Shown here: in pieces, positions 1 through 7,097 of the stretch
Numbering within the stretch: position 1 is the first letter of the stretch
Layout of the letters: each line of letters starts with the position of its first letter
From: Hormoscilla sp.
Lineage (GTDB): Bacteria > Cyanobacteriota > Cyanobacteriia > Cyanobacteriales > Desertifilaceae
Length of the DNA: 18,079 nucleotides
Direction of reading: 5' to 3'
NCBI GenBank assembly: GCA_051439505.1
Contig: JBFRWI010000216.1
Coordinates: 1-18,079 of the forward strand
Program-made: the position numbers and the translations under genes
The notes under the pieces: generated by a model
What the model was told of the DNA's origin: nothing
Databases searched by the model: none
What the model saw: only the letters and a program-made list of their open reading frames with translations

Positions 1-48
1 TCTGCAACCGTTGCGCCGCTGTCTGCAACCGTTGCGCCGCTGTCTGCA
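1..48. repeat. 21-bp perfect tandem repeat (TCTGCAACCGTTGCGCCGCTG) x2.3, probably cut by the window edge
   Basis: Units at 1-21 and 22-42 plus partial TCTGCA at 43-48. Each unit contains the internal palindrome GCAAC-C-GTTGC. Confidence 0.9.
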
Positions 49-126
49 ACTCTTACATGCCTGTGGCGGCCTGGGCTATATATGTATCTGAGATGCCGCT
101 AGCTATCAACTACTTTTGACCACACC

Positions 127-224
127 CATTGCGAGGGGGGGGGTATATTTAGCGAGTAACTTTTGATTTATGAGTCGCGCAGCGTTGCGAGGCACGAAGC
201 AATCCCCCCCCCCGAAGCAATCTC
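127..224. repeat. Partial dispersed REP/MITE-like element (CATTGCGAGGGGGG...CGAAGCAATCTC family)
   Basis: 127-175 aligns with 5636-5690 (CATTGCGAGGGGGG..TAGCGA(G/T)TAACTT..TGAGT). CCCCCCCGAAGCAATCTC ending at 224 is the reverse complement of GAGATTGCTTCGGGGGGG at 5817-5834. Confidence 0.7.
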
Positions 225-330
225 TGGCAGCATATCACACTAATATGAGAACCGCTATATCATATCCAGACTGTTGCTTGACGCACCGCTTCAATATCCA
301 AACCTAGCGTTTCAGCTAGCTGTTCGACAG

Positions 331-3300
331 TCAACCCAATGGCAACTCTCCATACAACTCCACCTGTAACGGCGAAATATCTCCCTGACAGATCCAGGCC
401 CCCCAATAATAAGGATGAGACAAGGGACAACCCTCATCCCCATAATTCCATTTCAATCCTTGCAAAATCTCCCGGCCCAAGTCCGACTGACGCAAGACCC
501 CAGCCGTGACCGTGCGAACGTCAAACTGAGCCTGGGCAAGAGCTTCCGCCCGTCCGAGTCCGGCCTTCAGGTGGTGGAAAAAGCGCTCCATCAGGTAAGC
601 GGTGGCACGGGCCGGAACCGACCAAAGGCTCATCAATAATGTTTTTGACCCCGCGACGACAAAAGCCCGCCGCAAGCCAAATACCCCCTCGCCATAAGAG
701 ATTTCACCGAGTCCGGTTTTGCAGGCAATCAGGGCGCTGAGTTCGTTGCCCCACAAGTCCAACGTGGCAACATCCTGGGCAAACAGAATCCCCTTCATCC
801 CTTCTGGAAGAGGCTTTCCCTGGTTCCAGATGTTGGCTCCCGCCAGGGCAATTCCTGCCCGGTACATGGCATCCTCCGCCTCCTCGGGATCGATGGGACT
901 GGGGGGATTTTCCTGGAGGTAGGCTTGAATTTGGGGGATAAAATTGCGTGACCGTTGGGTAATTTGGGGATTCTTAGCCTCGAAATATTGGGCAACTTCT
1001 TCTACCGCGTCCAACAGACGCCTGTTCATCAGATTCAGATAAGGATCTTTCTCAAACAGGTTAGTTTCGGTTCCTGGTTCGGCTTCAAGTAAAGTGAGCA
1101 CAAACTGAATATAAGCTTTTTGGGCGATGCCAGCGAAACCGTGGGTGGCAATTACCAGGATCCGGGGACAGTCTCCATCGGTGAGATGGTAGGAAACCGC
1201 GTCCTTGTCTAGGTGGGGTTGCGTGTCTAAGAGTTCTCCCACGCGACGACCGAAAATATCGGTTCCTTCGGCACGAGTGAAACCGGAGAGAGTAGCTACA
1301 GTGGTTTCTAAACTTGCGGTGGCAATTCCTTGGGAAGGTTCAGCAGCCGCAGGGTGGGTCTTTTTCCCGTCCCAATTATAATCGGGGTCGGCGAGAATGG
1401 TTGCCGGACAGACTTTCAGAGGGCGTTCAGTGATATCGAGACGCAGGAGGTCGCGTCCCGCACTGAGGTAGCTGATACGATATTCATCGCCGAGATAGGG
1501 TTTATTAGTCGTTATATCCAGGGGGAGAATCTGAAACGGCAGTAGATTCAGGGTACTGTCAGGCGCGAGGAACCAGTGGGAAGCGGAGTCTAAGGCATTT
1601 ATTAAAGGTTGGCAGAGGGTTTGATAGAGTTGATAGAGTTGCTGCTGCTCGTCTAACTGCTTCTTGGCTTTTTGGGCTGCAAACTTTTTCTTATGAAGGC
1701 CGAGGCGAAGGCGATCTTTTTCAGAGACAACATAACTGCGAAACACTTCAATTAACTCGTCTAGGGGCTTGGCTTTTCCTAAGTCTAGGAGTCTCACTTG
1801 TTCTGGTTGGTGCGCCATGACCGCAAAAGCGAGATAGCGATCTTCTTGCCATTGCGCTTCTTTCGGTGCATTAAAATCACAGCGTCGGAAGCGGACAAAC
1901 TCCACCAGGGCCGAACCTTCCGGCAGTTGCTCGGCAATGACTTGACGGTTAAGGTTTTCTTGGTTCAGTTGCAGTTCCGGGATTTCCTCGGCCAGTTGTT
2001 TTTCGAGGATTTCGGCTTTATTTCGCTGTTGAGTCACTTTGTCGCGGCGTTCTTTCAGGCGTTGTTGGTAATTTTCAGAAGATTCATTCGGTTGAGGAAT
2101 AATCACCTTAAACGTTTCTTTTTTCAGCTCCTCAAGGCACTGTTGCCAATCACGGAAGAGGGATTTAATCTCTTCTGAATAGCGCCCGCTATAGATAGCC
2201 GCACTTTGCGCCGCTAGAGCAGCAGTGGTTAGGGCTTTGCGGCGCAATACCGCATCCAACGCTGCACCAACTGCCTGGGAGTCGTCCCGGAGATGTTGCC
2301 AGATGAGGTTAAGAAATAAATAATAGGTAGAGGGATTTTTTTGCAAGTATTCCCGGCGTTCGCGATCGGAACTGGTGCTGAATACATAGCGCAGGCGCAG
2401 GTTTTCCGACTCTAAGGACGCTTGAAACTGTTGGAACACTTCTTTGTATTTGCCCTGAGACCGGTACAACTCTGCCAAGTTATTCAGGGTGCTAGCGAGA
2501 TAGGGATGGTTTTGGGGTAAGGCTATGCGGACAATATCGAGCGCTTCATGGTAGCGTCGTTCCGCTTCTTCGTATTTGCTCTGAGAATAGTACAAATTAG
2601 CCAGGTTATTCAGGTGGGTGGCGAGATGGGGATGGTTTTTGGGTAAGGCTATGTGGTCAATGGCGATCGCTTCATTTAAGCGTCGTTCCGCTTCTTCGTA
2701 TTTGCCCTGAGAACGGTACAACTCTGCCAGGTTATTCAGGTCGGTGGCGAGTGAGGGATGGTTTTTGGGTAAGGCTATGCGGTCAATGGTGTAAGCTTCA
2801 TGGTAGCGTCGTTCCGCTTCTTCGTATTTGCCCTGAGAATAGTACAAATTAGCCAGATTATTCAGGTGGGTGGCGAGTGAGGGATGGTTTTTGGGTAAGG
2901 CTATGCGGTCAATGGCGATCGCTTCATGGTAGAGTGGTTCGGCTTCTCTGTCTTTGCCCTGAAATTCATACAACAGGGCCAGGTTATTCAGGTGGGTGGC
3001 GAGATGGGGATGGTTTTGGGGTAAGGCTATGCGGTCAATGGCGATCGCTTCATGGTAGAGTGGTTCGGCTTCTTTGTCTTTGCTCTGTTCGTTGTACAAA
3101 AGAGCCAGGTTATTCAGGCTTATGGCAACTTTGGGATGGCGATCGCCCCAGCGTTGTCGCGCAATTTCTACGGCTTGTTGCGCCAGGGGAATAGCAGCGC
3201 CGTAGTTACCTTGTTGGTACAACTCCATGACTTGTTGGTTTACCGCGTCCCAACTGTCGGAGTTTTCAGCAGTTGTAGCGCCCACAATCTGAGGTTGCAG

Positions 3301-3504
3301 TTCTTGGGCCAGTTGTTCCAACCACTGCGCTGCATTATCTTGACCTTGCTGCCGAAGGTATTGACTGTAATGTGCCATCACTGTTAACAATCCTGCATCA
3401 AGCAGCTTCGTATGGGCTTCGAGAATAGCTAATTTCTCGCCATTGGGACAGCCCAGTAGTTCTTGAATCAGTTCGAGGTATTGCTGAATCAGTTGTTCGT
3501 TCAT
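331..3504 (-). CDS. TPR-repeat CHAT-domain (caspase/separase-like, clan CD) cysteine protease
   Basis: N-terminal helical domain, then ~7 42-aa TPRs (LNNLAxLYxxQGKYEEAE), then a CHAT domain. CHAT motifs: APDSTLNLLPF, ILADPDY, IATHG (His788, nt 1141-1143), LIACKTGLG (Cys928, nt 721-723), GEGVFGLRRAFVVAG, LMSLWSV, HPYYWGAW. Confidence 0.93.
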   Translation of the reverse strand: MNEQLIQQYLELIQELLGCPNGEKLAILEAHTKLLDAGLLTVMAHYSQYLRQQGQDNAAQWLEQLAQELQPQIVGATTAENSDSWDAVNQQVMELYQQGNYGAAIPLAQQAVEIARQRWGDRHPKVAISLNNLALLYNEQSKDKEAEPLYHEAIAIDRIALPQNHPHLATHLNNLALLYEFQGKDREAEPLYHEAIAIDRIALPKNHPSLATHLNNLANLYYSQGKYEEAERRYHEAYTIDRIALPKNHPSLATDLNNLAELYRSQGKYEEAERRLNEAIAIDHIALPKNHPHLATHLNNLANLYYSQSKYEEAERRYHEALDIVRIALPQNHPYLASTLNNLAELYRSQGKYKEVFQQFQASLESENLRLRYVFSTSSDRERREYLQKNPSTYYLFLNLIWQHLRDDSQAVGAALDAVLRRKALTTAALAAQSAAIYSGRYSEEIKSLFRDWQQCLEELKKETFKVIIPQPNESSENYQQRLKERRDKVTQQRNKAEILEKQLAEEIPELQLNQENLNRQVIAEQLPEGSALVEFVRFRRCDFNAPKEAQWQEDRYLAFAVMAHQPEQVRLLDLGKAKPLDELIEVFRSYVVSEKDRLRLGLHKKKFAAQKAKKQLDEQQQLYQLYQTLCQPLINALDSASHWFLAPDSTLNLLPFQILPLDITTNKPYLGDEYRISYLSAGRDLLRLDITERPLKVCPATILADPDYNWDGKKTHPAAAEPSQGIATASLETTVATLSGFTRAEGTDIFGRRVGELLDTQPHLDKDAVSYHLTDGDCPRILVIATHGFAGIAQKAYIQFVLTLLEAEPGTETNLFEKDPYLNLMNRRLLDAVEEVAQYFEAKNPQITQRSRNFIPQIQAYLQENPPSPIDPEEAEDAMYRAGIALAGANIWNQGKPLPEGMKGILFAQDVATLDLWGNELSALIACKTGLGEISYGEGVFGLRRAFVVAGSKTLLMSLWSVPARATAYLMERFFHHLKAGLGRAEALAQAQFDVRTVTAGVLRQSDLGREILQGLKWNYGDEGCPLSHPYYWGAWICQGDISPLQVELYGELPLG
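2440..3135 (-). repeat. 126-bp intragenic tandem repeats encoding the 42-aa TPR units
   Basis: RTTATTCAG (LNN on the minus strand) recurs every 126 bp from 2479 to 3109 (6 copies) with high DNA identity between units. Confidence 0.95.
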
Positions 3505-3558
3505 AATTTGTTAAGAGGAATAAACCACAAAGGCACAAAGAACACAAAAGAGAAATAT

Positions 3559-4503
3559 TTAAACTATCTCTAATTCGGTAGAGAGTAACCGCGCCTGGGG
3601 ATGTTTCGTCACATACTCCAACATTTCCTGCAAGTGCGACGGTTGCAACTCCAACGGCTCCCAAGGACTTGGTTTCAACCATTCAAAGATGTCAGTCTGA
3701 GAAGTCAGCAGCGCCAACCACTGTTCTTTACCCACATCCGTCGCCGCAAATGTTTGATAAGTACCCTCCCGCTCTTGCAGTTGCGGTAACTCGTGCATCC
3801 CCGCAGAGAGACGATTGTTCGGTGCATATTCCCCCGACGGACAGAAACAGACCACCGTCCCATCAGTTTCCCGCCCCAACAAAGTCAAATTAGCCGCTTC
3901 TGTGAGAGTCATCTGTAAAATCAGCTCACTCCCAACTTTCACCTGTTCCACATAGGGTAGACGTCTGCGGTGACGCCCTAAATCAGCGACAGCTCGGGGT
4001 GAGACTACCGGTTGAGGTCTGCTGTGCGCTGAATTAGCGAAGGGTTGGGGTGAGACTACCGGTTGAGGTCTGCTGTGACGCGCTGAATTAGCGAAGGGTT
4101 GGGGGAGTACCTCACGAAACCCCATCTGTTGCGTCCGTTGGGACTTATCGGCGAGCATCTCCCACAACCACGGCCCATACTGGGTCTGCGCCAACCACTG
4201 ACGCGCCTGCACCCAGAGTCTTCTAGCATTGTCTTCATAGGTGAATCCTAATTTCCTCAGTTTGGGAAGAATTTCTCGACTCCAACGGTTTTTTCGCGCT
4301 TCCTCAGCTGTCACATGAGGCTGGAGCGATTCGACAATCTCGTCCCACTGGTATTCGAGTTTATCCTCAGATAACCGCTCGGTCAGAATATTAGCCACAG
4401 AGGGCTGGAGGTCTAGTTTCGCGGCGATATAACGGAGGAACTCCGCTTCGTAGTCCTTGGGAATCTCCATGGTTTCCACCACCTTGATATTAAACGATTC
4501 CAT
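3559..4503 (-). CDS. Putative N-terminal HTH-like domain + repeat linker + C-terminal DUF4384-like beta domain protein
   Basis: The C-terminus VKVGSELILQMTL..NLTLLGRETDGTVVCFCPS..YAP..L..G.HELP..F.ATDVGKEQWLALLT fits the DUF4384 pattern. The helical N-terminus (YQWDEIVESL..TAEEARKNRWSREILPKL) is HTH-like. The gene ends 54 bp upstream of the CHAT gene on the same strand. Confidence 0.7.
   Translation of the reverse strand: MESFNIKVVETMEIPKDYEAEFLRYIAAKLDLQPSVANILTERLSEDKLEYQWDEIVESLQPHVTAEEARKNRWSREILPKLRKLGFTYEDNARRLWVQARQWLAQTQYGPWLWEMLADKSQRTQQMGFREVLPQPFANSARHSRPQPVVSPQPFANSAHSRPQPVVSPRAVADLGRHRRRLPYVEQVKVGSELILQMTLTEAANLTLLGRETDGTVVCFCPSGEYAPNNRLSAGMHELPQLQEREGTYQTFAATDVGKEQWLALLTSQTDIFEWLKPSPWEPLELQPSHLQEMLEYVTKHPQARLLSTELEIV
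3963..4100 (-). repeat. In-frame 51/54-bp tandem duplication in the inter-domain linker
   Basis: 3996-4046 and 4047-4100 are identical except for a 3-bp indel (PQPFANSA[R]HSRPQPVVS). A diverged third copy lies at 3963-3995 (RAVADLGRHRR). Confidence 0.9.
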
Positions 4504-4585
4504 ATTGTAACTCTCCTAACTGCCATTCAGCCTGTCCTTATTCTAAACACTGTTTGGGAAAAATTATTGCCTCAAAAAAACTTAT

Positions 4586-4662
4586 GAGACAAAATGCGAC
4601 ATCCCGCGACATCAGGAGACAAAATGCGATAAAACCTGAAAATAAGGAGACAAAGTACGACA
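4586..4662. promoter_or_regulatory. Helically phased direct-repeat array, probable operator in the divergent promoter region
   Basis: 15-mers GAGACAAAATGCGAC (4586), GAGACAAAATGCGAT (4616), GAGACAAAGTACGAC (4647). Core G(A/C)GACA-like hexamers at 4586, 4596, 4606, 4616, 4626, 4647, 4657. Confidence 0.65.
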
Positions 4663-4726
4663 AATAACCTTGTGGATTAAAGATTGGGTTTGCTAAAAAT
4701 AAAGCATAGAGTTAAAGGTCTCAATT

Positions 4727-5236
4727 ATGAAACTGCAATCCCTCAAGCAAATCCCCTTGCAAAGCCCTACCCTTCGCGAACTACATAGCCAAATCTCGCA
4801 GCAGCGCCCGGAAATCAAACCCGTCAAACCTTTACCCTCTCTGTTTTCTGGCGGACGGCTACAAATGTCCCAACACTTAGACATGTGCATCCGCATTCTG
4901 ATTCCCACTACCGTAGATGTGCAGGTTCCTGCCGACAGTTCCCAGTTTGTCGAACGGGCAAACTTGCTTTTGTCGCGACACTTTGGGGGAACGATGTGCA
5001 AATTACTTCTCGGCTTTTACGAGAGCGAAAATCAAAATATCGGTTTGGTGAAGGAAACAATTTTTGAAGTCGAAGCCTGGACCAATGAGGCGGGTTGGAA
5101 ACAAGCTGAAGCCGCCATTGAGGAGTTCCTGGCAGATATGTTGGTGGAACTCAGGCAAGAAACGGTGTTTGTGGCAGTTAATAATAAGGAAGCCTATTTG
5201 TTGAAATTATCCCCTGACCAAACCCAAGTCGCTTAA
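4727..5236 (+). CDS. Hypothetical protein; C-terminal ~115 aa resemble a DUF3574/PII-like ferredoxin-fold domain
   Basis: Pattern IRILIPTT..LLSRHFGG.....GFYES....LVKE....VEAW...LRQETVFVAVN is typical of these small alpha/beta domains. The N-terminal ~50 aa are Pro/Gln-rich, so the start could be at a later Met. Confidence 0.6.
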   Translation: MKLQSLKQIPLQSPTLRELHSQISQQRPEIKPVKPLPSLFSGGRLQMSQHLDMCIRILIPTTVDVQVPADSSQFVERANLLLSRHFGGTMCKLLLGFYESENQNIGLVKETIFEVEAWTNEAGWKQAEAAIEEFLADMLVELRQETVFVAVNNKEAYLLKLSPDQTQVA

Positions 5237-5263
5237 TTTCATCGCTATAGCCCGAGGGTGGGC

Positions 5264-5311
5264 GGGTGCATCTCACTCCTACAAATACATCTGCAAATCT
5301 GAGATGCACCC
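5264..5311. mobile_element. 48-bp miniature inverted-repeat element / IS footprint
   Basis: Perfect 12-bp inverted repeats GGGTGCATCTCA (5264-5275) and TGAGATGCACCC (5300-5311). It sits exactly where the Rpn-like pseudogene is truncated. Confidence 0.6.
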
Positions 5312-6080
5312 ATCCGAACATTTCTTCAATCTCCTGAATACTTAGGGTGGTAAACTTGTAGAAGACCATCCTCTCAATTAATTCTCGAACAGCCCGATCG
5401 CATCTTCCTCAAAGGACTGTTGTGCTTGTTAAATTAATCGCCCCGATCGGGCAGCAGGGGTTGCAGGAGGTTCTACAATTAATTGTATCATGCCCAAACC
5501 CACTGACCGGTCTGCTGCCGGACCAAACTATCCAGATAGATGGGCATCACTTGCTCGGACATGAGGTATCCCCGATACTGCCTCGGCACGGATCCTGACT
5601 GCGCCCAATACTTCTCGGTTAAGAATTTTATTTGTCATTGCGAGGGGGGTACGTAGCGATTAACTTATGCTTTCTTGAGTTAACCCCCCGTTAGCGCAGC
5701 GGCGCGACGCAGGAGCGCTAGCAATCCCCCGCCTAGTATAATAGGAAGAGCGCTTCGGCATCGTTCGCTGTATCGTCCGGAGCGCGGTTGAAGACTACTG
5801 GACGATACCGCGCGGTGAGATTGCTTCGGGGGGGAACTCGGCGGAGATCCCTCAATTATCGGTTTTGGTTTCCCCCCTCGCAATGACAGGTTCTTAACCG
5901 AGAAGTATTGAAACTGCACCTGGTGTGATGTATACTGGTTCATATGGTATCATCAGGCAGCTTCAGCAGCCCATCCATGGGGAATGTCGGCTGTTTGATT
6001 TCTACCGAAGTAAATCTGTATGCTGAGGGCATGAACTGGCGATGTAACGGTGGATGAACTGGTACAATAGATTTGTGAAA
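5312..6080 (-). pseudogene. Degraded Rpn-family recombination-promoting nuclease / putative transposase (DUF2887-like), split by a MITE
   Basis: Minus-strand fragments in order: TNLLYQFIHRY / SAYRFTSVEIKQPTFPMDG / EPVYIT / QVQF [MITE 5606-5910] GSVPRQYRGYLMSEQVMPIYLDSL / AADRSVGLGMIQLIVEPP..RLI*QAQQ / ELIERMVFYKFTTLSIQEIEEMFG. These match the DUF2887 consensus (YRFxSVEVKQ..FRIDG, EVQFQ, IYLDEL, ELIETI.VYKF..LS..EIE.MFG), with several frameshifts and an in-frame TAA. Confidence 0.85.
5606..5910. mobile_element. 305-bp non-autonomous MITE with nested inverted repeats
   Basis: Perfect 20-bp terminal IRs CAATACTTCTCGGTTAAGAA (5606-5625 / 5891-5910). Perfect internal 17-bp IRs TGTCATTGCGAGGGGGG (5633-5649 / 5872-5888). 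No transposase ORF; it interrupts the Rpn pseudogene. Confidence 0.85.
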
Positions 6081-6292
6081 ATCAACTCTACCAGTTCCCG
6101 GACAATACGAGAAGACTCCGATGACGAGATCCGATGCTTTAGCCCAGAGAAATACCCTCTTGCTAAAACCCCGCCTATATGATAATATTGTCAATGCAGC
6201 AACTGTGGCCCAAAATAGGTACGGGCGATCGCAAATCAAAACATTCAGTACCGTCAACAGGGAACTGCAAGGGCAAATGTAGAGAATATATA

Positions 6293-6838
6293 ATGAAAAA
6301 TAATCCCTTAGTAAAAATCAGCAAATACCTGAGTAAACATCTGCGGCATAGTCCCGACAGAATAGGTTTAGAACTGCAACCGGGAGGCTGGGTTTCGGTC
6401 GCAGAACTCCTGGTAGCTTGTCAAAAACATAAATTTCCCATTTCCGAGAATGAATTGAAAGAAGTTGTCGCACAGAACGATAAAAAACGCTTCTCATTCG
6501 ATCCCACAGGCACGCGCATTCGGGCCAACCAAGGGCATCCTGTAGAAGTAGACTTGCACCTTCGATCCCAAATTCCCCCAGATGTACTTTACCACGGCAC
6601 TTCTCACAATGCTATTGAAGCGATCGCCCAGACAGGTTTATTGAAAATGTCGCGACACCACGTGCATTTATCGACAGATATTGCCACAGCACGAAATGTA
6701 GGCAAGCGTCGGGGGCGTCCGGTAATTTTTGCCGTAGATGCTGCCGCCATGCACGCCGCAGGTTATAATTTCTACTGTAGCGAAAACCGAGTTTGGTTAG
6801 TCGATCGCGTTCCCCCGGAGTATCTGGTGGAGGTGTAA
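6293..6838 (+). CDS. kptA: RNA 2'-phosphotransferase (Tpt1/KptA family)
   Basis: Motifs SKYLSKHLRH, GGWV, NDKKRF, IRANQGH, LYHGT, GLLKMSRHHVHLS, VGKRRG, NRVWL. Homology begins at the ATG at 6293 (181 aa), not at 6179. Confidence 0.95.
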   Translation: MKNNPLVKISKYLSKHLRHSPDRIGLELQPGGWVSVAELLVACQKHKFPISENELKEVVAQNDKKRFSFDPTGTRIRANQGHPVEVDLHLRSQIPPDVLYHGTSHNAIEAIAQTGLLKMSRHHVHLSTDIATARNVGKRRGRPVIFAVDAAAMHAAGYNFYCSENRVWLVDRVPPEYLVEV

Positions 6839-6937
6839 AGAGACCCCCGATCGCCCCTCAACCGCTTTGTTCGAGAGCGCCAAAACAGCCAGAAAGCGGA
6901 AGGCGATCGGCTATTGTCCCTGTAAAAATTGAATAGT

Positions 6938-6966
6938 TTGCCATTTACCACTAAAAGAGGTATAAT
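6938..6966 (+). promoter_or_regulatory. Sigma70-type promoter upstream of the AAA ATPase gene
   Basis: TTGCCA (6938-6943), 17-bp spacer, TATAAT (6961-6966), about 130 bp before the ATG at 7098. Confidence 0.6.
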
Positions 6967-7097
6967 CTAGACAACCCTTACCACCAGTTGAGAGGGAGCA
7001 TGTTCAGAGCCACGTATAAGTATTTTTACTCTTAGATGTAATTACCAGTTAATTGAGATGGTGCTGACAGCTGAAAAATGACAACCGACAACTGACA

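Noticed and set aside
2440..3135. Diversity-generating retroelement TR/VR pair
   Set aside because: The repeats are in-frame tandem TPR units, mismatches are not adenine-specific, and there is no reverse transcriptase in the window.
5596..5920. Target-site duplication for the 305-bp MITE (TGACTGCGCC vs AAACTGCACC)
   Set aside because: Only 7/10 match, and the host pseudogene appears to have lost sequence at the junction, so the similarity may be coincidental.
5680..6257. ORFs 5680-5943 and 5940-6257 as real genes
   Set aside because: They are chimeras of MITE sequence, intergenic DNA and Rpn pseudogene fragments.
6179..6292. 38-aa N-terminal extension of KptA
   Set aside because: Family similarity starts at the ATG at 6293, which is preceded by a purine-rich stretch. 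The extension has no recognisable features.
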